NCBI GenBank assembly: GCA_021613535.1
Contig: CP075496.1
Location: 4,030,001-4,094,000, forward strand
Length of the DNA stretch: 64,000 bases
Reading direction: 5' to 3'
Source: Adineta vaga
Lineage: Eukaryota; Animalia; Rotifera
The first letter of the stretch is position 1; each line of letters starts with the position of its first letter. The notes beneath the pieces are model-generated. The model worked only from the letters and a program-made list of their open reading frames with translations, did no database searches and was not told where the DNA came from. Positions 36,022 to 48,800 of the stretch are shown here, piece by piece. Made by a program: the position numbers and the translations under genes.

Positions 36022-37556
36022 CTAGTCAGCTTGTGGATTGGTTGTTGTTGTTGTCGATGATGATAATGAGTCCTTCAGTTGATCATAATGGTCACGTTGT
36101 TCTTCGGTGACAGTATCTTCATCAATTGAATTCAATAGATCAAGACTTGTTCGTTCACGCTGAAAAAGAAATATAGACAAAGATAGAATCGATTTTTTGC
36201 TGTTAAAATCGTTGTAAAAATATTTACAAGATCTTTCACTTGTGTTAATGAGGGATATTTTTGTAACAGATTCAATGCAATATTATAATGATGATTTTCA
36301 ATAGCATCATGTAATGATGTTGAACCTTCAGCATCTCGATAGAGTGCAATATTTTTACGATCAGATAACAGTGTTTCAACTGTTTCAGCGTTGCCTTCTT
36401 TGACAGCTTGTTTTAATTCTTTGATTTTTTCCTAAAATCAAAAATAACGTTTTTGATATATATCGATTTTGATTAATTCGTATTAGATATTACTAATAAT
36501 TGAGGAATATCATGATGGATAAAATCACTTGTATCTTCATCTGTATCTTCCTCTGGTTTTAATTGATTGACAATTTCTGTATAACCACAGAGAAGTAAAT
36601 CATTAATTGCTTTGGTATTTCCATTTTGAAGTAATTGTACGCAATAGTTGTCTATAAAAAGAAAACAAATGTATCGTTGATTCTGTTTTAATAGGATGTG
36701 AAATAGGACATACCAATTTGATCAACATTTTCTTGAAGTCCAGCTTCGAGAGCAATATCTCTTGGTGTTTTGCCTTCAGCATTGCGTGCTGCCATAAGTA
36801 AATGATTATCTCGAAGTAATTTTGTTAGATCAACTTCTGAAAAATATGAATAACAGATTGTTCAATTGATAATGAATCCTTTTCTGCAACACGAACCTTT
36901 GACAGCAGCTTGTCGATGAAGTTCTGTTTCACCGAATTCAAGAGCAAGAATGTCATCTTCTTCACGAACAGCTGCTAGTGCTCGTGGTGCTGCTGCTAAT
37001 TCTCGATGACTAAATCAACAGATATCAATTGGAGAAAATTCAATACATGAGATTTTCATTACCGTCGAGCTAATTCTTCCGCTTCTCGTTGACGTTTTTC
37101 TTCTGCTTCACGTTCTTTTCGTTCATTTTCTTCTTTTTCACGTAATGCTCGAATTTCTCTCTTCAATTGAGCACGATGTTCTTTTTCTTCTTCTTCTTTT
37201 TGTCTTTCAATTTCAAATTGTTTTGCATCATGTTCTCTCTATTCAACAAGAAAACAACTATCAATAATCATCATTAACTCATATATGATGACTATTTACC
37301 TGTTTTTGAGCACGTGTGTTCTCAACTTGTTTATAAAGAAAGGTTGCTAAATATTCAATAGGATCATTTGGACGACGTTCAACGATTTCAGCTAAACCAC
37401 GAATTAATGCTGGTCCTATTTAAAACATCAATAACAACAGATAAGAATATCTTCGGAAAAAGAAATTCTGAACATACCAACAGTAGATGTTAGATATTTC
37501 GTTTCAATTGAATTTTGATCTGGTGGAGGGCGACGTCCAGAATTGGCTCGATTCAT
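36022..37556 (-). CDS. DPY30-domain (DYDC-like), coiled-coil and ankyrin-repeat protein, multi-exon
   Basis: KYLTSTVGPALIRGLAEIVERRPNDPIEYLATFLYK (Dpy-30 motif), a charged coil, and ankyrin-like GETELHRQAA, NAEGKTPRDIA and DAEGSTSLHDAI. Only visible after splicing. Confidence 0.75.
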
Positions 37557-37633
37557 TTTGATGCAGTGAAAGAGCAGCAGATGAAATGGAGAATATTTGT
37601 TTGATTTTTTTTCAAACTTTATCTGCCATTCAT

Positions 37634-37656
37634 GTCTCTTAGCATCACTTAGTTAC
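37634..37656. promoter_or_regulatory. Two overlapping RFX X-box-like motifs upstream of the DPY30-ankyrin gene
   Basis: Minus-strand GTAACTAAGTGAT and GATGCTAAGAGAC, ~80-100 bp upstream of the ATG; degenerate matches. Confidence 0.28.
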
Positions 37657-38150
37657 GGACAGAACAACAGTTTTTTTTCTGCAATGAAATTGTTTTTCTT
37701 TCCTCTATTCCCGTTCGAAGAGTGGCGTCGCTTTTGTCACTTACTGTTACCTGATGTAGGTAATCCACAATTCTTAGACATGAAAACATCTCGTGATACA
37801 TAAGTTTCAATGAAAATTCGAGTATTTCATTGTTATATTCTTGAAAAACAATTTAATTCTTCTTTTCTCTCTTAACTTAATTAATTTTAAATATAAACAA
37901 GCCTTTCCTATAGATCCATGTATCTGATGCTTTCTGGAAAAAGACTGGACATTTCTCTATTTAGAATTCAGAAAGAATAGCATATCTCAACATTTGGTCA
38001 TAGACATATTAATAAATTTTTTCTTGTTTTTATTCTCAAGAATACTTGGCATCAGAAAACTTTTGTATTCACATGCTCATTCTTAAGTGGTATCAGTGCT
38101 TATAGAAATTGAATGTGTAAAGAACAAACAAACAATCGCTCTTGTATATA

Positions 38151-39191
38151 TTAATTCAAAATTCGAATACAATCTTCTGCACTAAGTAATCTGACAAGTA
38201 ATTTCCATGGAAAAGGACAGAAATGAAGTTTGACGGACAAATTCACAAGTGTTTCTGTTCGATGATGATTCAATTGTATTTGTTGATTATCACAATCAAT
38301 AATTAATGTTAGTTCATCACCAGTTTGAATTATTTCATTTTGATCACCAGTTGAACTTTCGCCATTTATAATAACATAATCAAGATTCCACCAACCATGT
38401 ACAGAATAATCCAAAGATTGTGACAAAATTTGTTTAGATGAAGAATAAATGCCAAGAAAGATATTTTTTGTTCCTTTATTTTCAATTAAAAATCGTATAG
38501 AATGTCTACCAGATGAATGTTCATTTATCCCACTAATTTGTGATAGACCAGCACGATAATTTGAATGAGTAGCGATACATTTATCTTCGGATAGTTTACA
38601 TGGTCCAAAAATTAATCGAAAACGTTCTTGAAGAGATTTTTGAATATCATTTTCACTAGTATGAAGCATGAGGTTCGAAGATTTCTGAACAATTTTAATT
38701 TCATTGATAAATGATGAAGATTTTCTAACTTCCTTAATAGAAATAGTTGTTGGTTTTTCAATGAGATTTCGAAGTTCTACTAATTGATTTTTCCATTGAT
38801 TGAGTTCAGTTTCTGTATAATTATCAGCAGTAGCATTCGATTCAAATTCTAAAACAATTTGTTTCAATGTAGTTTTAATTTCTTGTCGAATTGTATTTAA
38901 CCATTGCTGAAAATCTTTTCGAGCTTTATCAGCTGTTTGTTGAATTTTAATCATTGCATTCTGTTCCCATGTATCAATACTTGATAGAAATGAATGTTCA
39001 AACTTATTTCGATTTAAATCTTTACGAAATTGATCATAATCATCATGAAGTTCATCTGCTTGTTGTGAAAGAAATAATCGATGTTTAATAAAATGTCGCG
39101 TACAAAATGATTGTTCACATCCAGAACACGTAGCAATACATCCAGTTTTTGTGCATTTCATACACGGTGTTTCTACTAAATTTGTAACCAT
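38151..39191 (-). CDS. B-box-like zinc finger, coiled coil and SPRY-like C-terminal domain protein
   Basis: CMKC...CSGCEQSFCTRHFIKHR, a long amphipathic coil, and SGRHSIRFLIE...IFLGI...GDELTLIIDCDNQQI...PWKLLVRL. First ATG at 39191. Confidence 0.7.
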   Translation of the reverse strand: MVTNLVETPCMKCTKTGCIATCSGCEQSFCTRHFIKHRLFLSQQADELHDDYDQFRKDLNRNKFEHSFLSSIDTWEQNAMIKIQQTADKARKDFQQWLNTIRQEIKTTLKQIVLEFESNATADNYTETELNQWKNQLVELRNLIEKPTTISIKEVRKSSSFINEIKIVQKSSNLMLHTSENDIQKSLQERFRLIFGPCKLSEDKCIATHSNYRAGLSQISGINEHSSGRHSIRFLIENKGTKNIFLGIYSSSKQILSQSLDYSVHGWWNLDYVIINGESSTGDQNEIIQTGDELTLIIDCDNQQIQLNHHRTETLVNLSVKLHFCPFPWKLLVRLLSAEDCIRILN

Positions 39192-40024
39192 TCTATTATG
39201 ACGTTTGTATATTTTCACGTTAGTGCACGGAAATTTCCAGTGTCGATGAAATATATAATATTTCTGATATCATTCACCTGTGAAGAAAAAATGTAGTTGA
39301 TATTGATGACATATATGTATAGTCTAAATAACAAGAGAATTGAAGGTTACTGCTCTCGTTTGTACAGTGAAAAGGAAGAAAAGTAATGATTATTATGAGT
39401 CATTATATTTACTTAAACATATGATGATATAAAAACGAAAAGAAGTAATATGAATAAATAAACAAGTTGGTTAAGCTTTCTAAAGAACTGTTTAGCATGA
39501 AATAACGAATTATTCTTATGAGTCCTTATTGAAAAGAAAAATCATCTTTGATGTTTTATTTTTATAGTGTAAATGTACGTTGGTTACTTTTCAAATGTTT
39601 ATTACTCTAAAAGTACAATTACAACATGTAATACATTGATCTTCGTATATTTATTTTATCGCCTACGAACGAACTAAATATAGAATTTTATGGATATATA
39701 TATGCATGAATAAAATGATGTAAGACAAACAAATGATTCATAGTATAAATCCTTTTCACAAAATTTATTAATCAATATGTAGAAGAGATTTATCGCAAAA
39801 GGCTTCATTTGATATGTTAAATTAAATTCGTCTAAAACAATCCGTTTTTATTAGAGCCATATGATACCCATGGCACTAAATAATAAAAATACAGTTGACT
39901 ATTTGACAGTTTATTTTCTTCTCTAGAAAAGAAAATGATCAGATGGTGCATTTCTCACTCGATTAAGTTCCATGAATATTAAAAAAAAAATAGAATACAG
40001 CATATCACTCATCATTTATATACG

Positions 40025-41451
40025 ATGACACTTGAAAATAAGAATATTATCCATGAAATAGATCAAATATTTGAACAAATTCATGCACGTCTTGATCAAC
40101 GTTTTCAACAACTTGTTCGACAGATTAATATTCATTCTCATGAAAAGAGTAAATTTCACAATGAAATTAAACTAAAATCTTTGTTTTTGAAAACTTTTAT
40201 TCATTTCAGAAAAATCAACATTGAAATTTTCTCCAGTAAATCAGTTTCCATTGGAAGAAATCATTGATAAATTCGGTCATATAACAATATCAAAATCTTT
40301 CGATAACGTTCGATGTTATGAGTCAGTGTCTGTATGCTTTTAATATTTAATCATTATTTCCTATTCTTTCTTTCTTTTCTTTTCTTCTCTGTTCTTTCCT
40401 ATTCAAAATAGTGACTACGAGAACATTAACGCCATATGCTATCGACAGGTAAATCGAAAAAAAAATGACAAATAGTCCTCTGTAATCACTTTTTCTTTAG
40501 AGTATAATATCAACGATGAGAAAAACAACATCTGCATCAACAATAACTAAGGAAAACGATATAAAGAATGATCAGTGTCAAATCATTGGCAAACATGGAC
40601 GACAAAAAGGACAACTAAGTAATCCACAAGATGTTTTAATTCTTCGAACTCCTCATCAGAGAACAGTTCTTATTTCCGATACGATTAATCAGAATGTTCA
40701 ATTATTCTCCATAGAAACTGGTCTTTGTACAGGTGCTTTTTTATCAGCAGTCAATTCCAAACAGATTCCACTTCGTCGACCTATTGGTCTTTCACATTCA
40801 TTTAACGCTAATTCAACGTGTTTGGTAGCTGATTACGATCAACGTTTCATTAGTAGTTGGATAATTGATGAGGGAGGAAATGGAAAATTAGTAAAAAAAT
40901 TTGGTCAACAAACGTTAATTGGTCCAAAGGGAGTTTGTGCATCAAATCAATCACAACGAATTGCTGTAGCCGATAATAAAGCAAATTGTATTTGTTTATT
41001 TGATTCATCAGGAGAATTTTTACATCGTTTTGGTAAACGTGGAACTGAACTACATGAATTAGCTGGACCACATTATGTTCAATTTGCGGAACCAGATCAT
41101 GATCGACATATTATTGTAACTGATTTTTATAATAATTGTGTTAAAATATTCGATATTGAACGTCATGGTCAACTGATAACAAGTTTTGGTTCAAGTGGAA
41201 CAAAAAATGGTTTCTTCCAAGCTCCAACCGGTTTAGCTGTTGATTATGAACGTGGTTATATATTCGTTTCTGATTGGGGTAATAACCGTGTTCAAATCTT
41301 TGATCGTCAAGGTTTATTTTTACGTACTATTAAACTGTCAACATCTGATATGCTCTATGGGCCACAAGGGCTTGATTATGAACCGAGCAGTCAAATGTTA
41401 GCTATAGCTAATTCAGGCAAGCATTCAGCAGTTTTAGTACAAATTGATTGA
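40025..41451 (+). CDS. NHL-repeat beta-propeller protein (TRIM-NHL-like C-terminus) with a short N-terminal coil
   Basis: Repeats GQLSNPQDV, LIGPKGVC, LAGPHYV, FQAPTGLAVD...VSDWGNNRVQIFD and LYGPQGL. Upstream exons at ~40025-40148 and ~40210-40331 are inferred. Confidence 0.82.
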
Positions 41452-41512
41452 CTAGCATGTCTGTTTATTGCATAAATATAATGAAGAAAAAAAAGAAAGA
41501 AATTCGAAATGT

Positions 41513-44500
41513 TTAACAATTAATTAAATCGAGGCGACATTGAAGTACTTGTTCAGCTTCGGATTCACTTAGATAATGAATACCTTCTCGATGTAGAACG
41601 GAAGGCAATGGTGATGATACTATTGATAATTTAGATGTTTTTGTTAAACTTTCCTTTAAAGCGTCAAGTAATGAAAGGGCGGATATCTTTGGCATTGTAA
41701 GAAGTACAGCAGATTCACGACATCTAAAATAAATTATCAAAATGATCAATGAAAACATAATTTTGTTATTTACTTGTTAAATAATTGCAAAACATGATCA
41801 GTACCTATACGAGACCATCCTCGATTAATATCAAGGAGAAATTGTGATGCTCCACCCTCATTAAATTGATGATAGGTGATAACCTATATGAAATTAAAAA
41901 AGCAAATGTCAATCAAAAATCATATTTCATGATGAAAAACAATTTCGCATACAGAATTAAATAAAAATTCATCGAATTGAATAATAACTCGTGCTCGAAT
42001 GTCATGAAATACATTTTTCAATAAATTATTTGATAAATCGGAGAAAATTGTTTGTAAATCGACTAAAACATCAATAGCAGATGATGATATATTCATAATA
42101 AGATAATCTTTTGGGTTTGGCATCATTGACCATCTATATAAGAAAGAAAACCACGAATTATTTATCAGAAAAAGTTTGTTTTATATTACTTTTCTTTTGT
42201 ATATCGTCGACTTTTTCTTTCAAGTAAGCGATTAATATGATTAACAATCAAATTACAACGTCTTTCTTGTTCATTTCGATATCGTTCGAGTAAATGATCG
42301 AATATTGTAGCAGTTGTCAAATGATTTTCTTTATTTAATTGAATTAAATCAAATTGTTGAGCTAATGTTGAATCAATATGAATCTTTCCGTTCTTTTCTT
42401 CATAGAAATCGTTTCTTCCATATTTTTCAATAAATTTTTCATATTCATCATAAAAATATTGTAAACGTTTATAATGCTAATCGAACAAAGAAAAAAAAGG
42501 ACAATAAGATAGAAAATATTTTAACACAAATCTTACTGAACGATCTTTCCATTGTTGAATAACATCAGCTACATAAACAATGGAATTAAGTATGGAACAA
42601 GATGGTTTCGATAATGGATCATTATTTTGTACATCGGTTGTTAAAGAAAATATGAGATCTTGTAAGAAATCATCGAATAAATCAATTTGTAAAGAAAATA
42701 AACGAAGACTACACGATGGATATGGTACCAGACGATATCGATCTGAAATATATATATTATTCAATGTGAAATATTTGAAATGATTGATATTCTTACCTTC
42801 CATTGCATGAATTAAAGTTAAAAATGTTTCAGAACATTCACTTATTTTAATCTCATCCGAATTACGTTCTAACATACGTTCATAAACACTTTGATGTGCT
42901 GTAGGTGATTGAAAGATATTATTTAATTTCGTACGAGAAACTAAAATGAGAAAATCATTTAGAACAAGACATGCTACAATCTATTAGGGAAACAATTGAC
43001 ATCGTCATTGCAAACCGTAACCTATTTTATTTTGAAAACGCTATAGACCATAACAGATGCCTTGGCCATGTCCTACTATAGACTGAAACAAATGTCTTCA
43101 CAATGCTCGAACACAAACTATGACAAACACCTTGATAATACAAACGATGACAAGGTATGTTTCATTATGTTTTCTTCTTTCAAGAAAAGGTTCTATTTTC
43201 TAGAGAATGAGATATCATCCTTAGGATAAACGAGTTTCTATTATAAATTCTACTCATCAAGATGCATCGTTTTCTAATCTATTCTCTAGATACTAACCAT
43301 CCTGTTCGACTTGAAACCATTTTTCGAAAATAATCTCATCACATAATAGATTCATACAATTTGGTAAATGATCTGGATAATCAATATCTTCTTGAAAAAT
43401 TCGTTGTGAAAAAATTAGAATTTCTTCAATATAATGCGTAAATAGAGGTGTATCGATAAGTATTGATGTAATTTGACTATCAAGTTTAACAATAACTAAT
43501 TCAATTAAACCACGAATAAATTCAATCTATTAATTATTCGAAAGAAAATTTAGAGAATTTATTTCATTCTTTACTTTTGCATTCAGTTGGAATATCAGTT
43601 GATTCATTAAGTAGTGGTTGTAACTGTTCAGTAAGAAAATATTCATGATCGAGAATCCAACTAATAATCTGATTGAGGTACCATTCGGGCTAGAAATAAG
43701 AAAACCTTTCTGAAAAAGAAGAATATGTTTTTGAAAATAAAAAAAATTACTTTTCGACGATCATTCGTTTTTTGTTTTCCATAAAAATGATAATTAAAAC
43801 GATTTATCAAACCTTTCAATAACATCTGAATAAATAATGGAATTGGTTTCCAACCAATAAAACGTAATCGTGATTGAACATCATCATGTTTAACATGTTC
43901 AGGTAAACGTAATTTCAATAAATAAGATAATTCTTCTTTGAGTTTATCTCGATTCGCATCAAATAATTCACTTAAATGACTAGCAGGTAGTTTTTGTACA
44001 TATGGAAATTCAATTGTATTTAACACTTTTTCCATACGTCTACGAAAGAAAACGAGAATAAGATTTAGTAATTGAGAAAAACTTACAAGGCAAGAACAGT
44101 TTTTAATTGATCATACCAATAGAGTGTAAGATTAGTACTATAAGAGCGTAAATGTTCCGTTGATGTATCATGTACAAATTCAGTCAATTGTGCTAGTTGT
44201 GAATAAATAGATAAGGATTCATCGAGTGATTCTGTCGAAAGAGATTTTTCAAGTGCAGAACTAAAATTTAGGAAAAAACTTAACAATTTATAGATGACTC
44301 TGTTTGTGTTTATGAAATACCTTTGTTTTAGAAGTATTTCAAGACAACGAAGATAATCAATAATTCTTGTCGTATTATTTAAACGTTTAACTGTTGTACG
44401 AAAATCTTGTGCAATGAATTCTGCTTTATCTTCATGTGATTTCATGGTAATAGCTAATTTACGTTCTTGATTTCGAAGTTGTTCATGTTGATCAAGAAGA

Positions 44501-44777
44501 TTATTTGCCATTGTAATACCATTCTGTAATTGAGATACTAATGAACGTTTTTCTTTTGGAGTTGTTGAGATTGGATTAAACTATATTGGAAAAATAAAAA
44601 CGAAATCAATCAAACAATTATTCTCTATTGAGAATTTACTTGAGCTTCAAGTGATTGTCGTTCATGTTCTGCATGTGTTAAGAGATTAGATAGAAGACTA
44701 TCAGAATTATCGTAATCAGATGTTTCATTTTCAATACTACTGGAATACTGTTGTACTTGTGACCAAAAGTCTGACAT
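41513..44777 (-). CDS. RINT1: RAD50-interacting protein 1 (RINT1/TIP20), multi-exon
   Basis: PLFIQMLLKGLINRFNYHFYGKQKTNDRRK|PEWYL, ISECSETFLTLIHAM..DRYRLVP, CSILNSIVYVADVIQQW and HQFNEGGASQFLLDINR. Confidence 0.9.
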
Positions 44778-45861
44778 GATTGTGTTAAAGAACAAAAACT
44801 ATTCGTATCATATAGGACAATGATCTATAAATAGAGGAAGATTGATAATGTATCGTTCTTTTTAGTGTGGAAATGAATATATAATAAAGATTATAACAGC
44901 AAAATATCTTTAGATCGAGTAAAATATTTAACAATTTGAGTTTTCAGCCTGTAAACCATACAGGATATTAATTAAATTAAAAGAAGGAGGAAAACGTTCT
45001 GTAGACGTGGATACATATTGATATCTATTAAAATGACATGTTCTCGTGAAATTCAAAGAACATACCCGGATTGTTCTCAAACAAATGTATCCTTTTTTTA
45101 CGTATAATAATAACAACAATTTTCATTTCGGTATCACAAGAGAATTCTTTTGGACAATACATTGATGAGAACGTATTTTTAAAGTTGTTATTTCCAATTC
45201 AACTATTTTTCGTGTCTTCTTTCTGATTGGTTAAAAATTGTGACCTATTGTGATATTATTTTCATGGAGAGGATTCTGATCATAATCTTTATTGACAATG
45301 GTGTTTGTCGGCTGATGTTTTACCAATTGTTTGATAATCAGAAAACTGAGTAATGCCAAAATGCAAAACATGTTTATTCTCTTTTAGATATCATATATTT
45401 CTCGCACATGGATTATTACATGTGATTATCATTAAAAGCAATTAAAATAGTTCATGTGAGTGTATATATTCGTCCAGTTTTCTTCTATTCGAGTTATTCA
45501 TATTTCAATTTATTTATTGAGTTTTTTTTATTAACGATGTCAATCCAAGATATGTAAGTTTATCGACAAATAATATCTATATCATTAAAAAAACAAGACT
45601 CTGATATATCAGTGTATTTCTTTTCTTCTCATTCAATATTTTTTTTTTCTTCTTTCTGATTTGATCAATTACAAAAAAATATCTTCATTTATGTTATGTT
45701 TCATATCGTTTCTACGCTTCAGTACATAGACTTAATTCAATTTTCTTTTTCATACACGTGACTTACGCAGACGAAAGATAACCATCGTGTCTGTCTAGAT
45801 TTTGCTTAGTTTTTGTTTTTTTATTTTTCTTTCCTAGAATATTTGATTATTAATCAATGTT

Positions 45862-48800
45862 ATGGATGATATCGACCTGACAACTTCACCATCAACCGGA
45901 AAGACTGTTTCGACAGTATTAAATCATAATCGTCAACGAATCGATTCAGCATCAGTTATTCAACAATCGGATGTCTCATCATCACGGCCAGCATTGCTTG
46001 CACAAGATGCACTTGGTCCACTTCTTTTTGAGGTAAATAATCGGTTTTCCGTTTTTTTCTTTCGTTAATACTAATAATCAGTTAAGCTTAAGTCTGTAGC
46101 CTGTATCAAGTTCGATTCAACGATGAAAGAAAGAAAGAGAAAAAAGAATTTGAGAAGCGCAGCCTCAGAACGGATGTCGCTGGTTTTTCTTTTCTTCCAG
46201 CGATGTTCATAATATTTACGCATTAAAAAGATGACAAGGATGGAAATTTTTATTACACACACTATAACATATGCATGTATTTGAATGCACATTATGCAGA
46301 TGAAATAACAAGACAAAGGAAAAGCATTTGCAGACGCTACATTACTTCTTACGGTTTTTTCTCTTTTCTGTTCTTTTGAAAAAAATGCTCGTTACTACCG
46401 TGTAAGAACAAACTCGGTCTCTTTCTCTCTCCCTCCTTCTGTCATCACCGATGACGTACATGTTTTACAGATGCTTGCATATTTTTTTTCTTCACTGATA
46501 ATGATGATGATTATAGGATTGTTTGTGAAAACAGGACATAAAAAAATGTTTAGTTCTTTTTCTGTCAGTTTTCTTATCGAATAAACTTTAATTATGGGCT
46601 TGAGTGAACCAAATCTATTGACAAATATTGGAGAAAATCTTCGATTGGTAAAGAAGGAGATTCAGATAAAAAAATAACATATAAATATATGTATGTTTGC
46701 TTTATTTGTTCTAGGCACTCGATGGTTTTTTCTTTACAATAAATCATAATTTTGAATTTGATTCGATTAGTGATAACGTTGGACAATATTTAAAATATTC
46801 TCAAGTAAGAACTTTAGTGCATTTTGTTTTGTCTAAAAAAAGAAGAAGAAATCTTGCTTTAACAATTTTTTTCTTTTCTTTTCAAGGAGGAACTTGCCGG
46901 AAGAAGTTTATACCATTGTGTACATCCGAGTGATGTTGGTGAATTCAGTAAAGCTTGGACGAAAAAAGATGCCGGCAAGTTAATCGATTGTTTTCTTCAT
47001 CAATTGATTTTATTACAAAATATCATGTTTTTAGGTGATTCTTTAACTGTAATTGGTAATAATAATGAGCAATCACGTGGACGAACATTTCTTTGTCGAA
47101 TGCGAACAAACGACGGTTAGTTAAAGAAGATCATTGTGAATAGGAAATAAAAAGTTAACGTTTTATTTTGTCTTTAAAGAATCGACACCATATGTTCGCA
47201 TGATTGTTTCTGTGGCAGTACATCGTGATTCAATTGGAAGTGATAAAACATTTCTAATTTGTATTGCTCGACGTCCTTCATTGAACGATCCAAAAGATAA
47301 ACCATCATTACTTGGTTTTGATCAATTTTCTTCTCGGATTAAACTAAATTATGATATAGAAAATTTAGATTCAAGGTAATATAAATATATTTCGAAAAAG
47401 AAGTTCAATAGTAATGAATAATTCCTTACTTTTTCTCATCTAGTCATATGAAATGTGAAACAATTGACATGAATTTTGTTGGAAAAAATATTCGAGATTA
47501 TATTTATACTAGTGACATTCCTATAGTTGAACGACATTTTCAAGAAGGTATGTAATTCAATACAATTTTTTGCATTCTTTTTTTTTCCTTAACTATTCAA
47601 AACAAATTTTTCGTCTTACTAAACGTGAATCATCATCATCAAATACTAAATCCTACAATTAACTTTCTATTATATTTGTGCAGAACATGAATATTTTTGT
47701 TTTCTTTTTAGTTCTTGAAAAAGGTGAAGCAAAGAGTGGTGTTTATCGATTTTGTCTTCATGATGACATTTATGCATTTATAAATACTCGAAGTAAATTA
47801 TTCCATAATTCTACTACTGGTCAATCCAATTCGATTCTTTCGACACATACGATCATTCGGTAATAGAAGAAAAAATTGTTACAATTTAATTCTTCTTTTT
47901 TTTTCTCAAATCAGTTTGATTGATAATGCTCAAGATTTAAATGGAAATGCATCAACACGTTTAATGAAATCGATTATCACATCAAATCGAGATTTACAAC
48001 GTAACAAACAACAACAACACATCCAATAAAATTCTTAATGCATCTCCAACACCGCCAATCGGTACACAATTTGCCTTAACAATGTTAGGGATGCATAAAA
48101 ATGCATCGAATTCATTGCGCAACATGTATCTAGCACATTAGGCACATTAATTCAAGTACAGAATTCACTTTCGGTACCGGCAACATCTAGTCCAAATGAT
48201 CGAAATCAAAGTCAACTTACATCATCACCTTCACCTTCGCCAACACAAAATCGGTTAATTGCTCAGAAATCATCTACACTTGATAGTAAGTATTTCGGTT
48301 CTATTTTAAACATAGAAACAAGTTCATCTATGTATTAGGTGTATCATCATCTGATACTGTAGAATTCGGCAGTAAACGAACATCTTTTAGTCCTTCATTA
48401 GGTTCCGGTAAAATTCTTCTATACCTTCTTATTCTCTTTTAATTTCTCTCTTTTTTTAAATCTCTTTAGTACATTCCAATCATGGAAGTCTTTCTTCACC
48501 AGTGAATTCATTCGATTTATTTTTTTCTTCACCTGCCCCTCTGCCAATCAATGACAATGATCTAAATTCTCTACTTCCCTCTCCAACGAATCCAAAACCA
48601 AGATCACCATTATTTTCCAATAATGATATCTATACAACATCATCAAGTCCCAAATCTAATCAACAAGCAGGACAAAATTCGGCACGTAGTTCCAAACGTT
48701 TACGACAATTATTAACAAATAAATCTCCTCAAACTTCTGAAAATCCTTCGAAAATTTTACATTACCGTCCTGATGCCAAATTAGAAGATCTTCTTCAAGG

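Noticed and set aside
42941-43298. Intronic snoRNA in the unusually long RINT1 intron
   Set aside because: No convincing C/D or H/ACA box arrangement or stable stem could be identified by eye.
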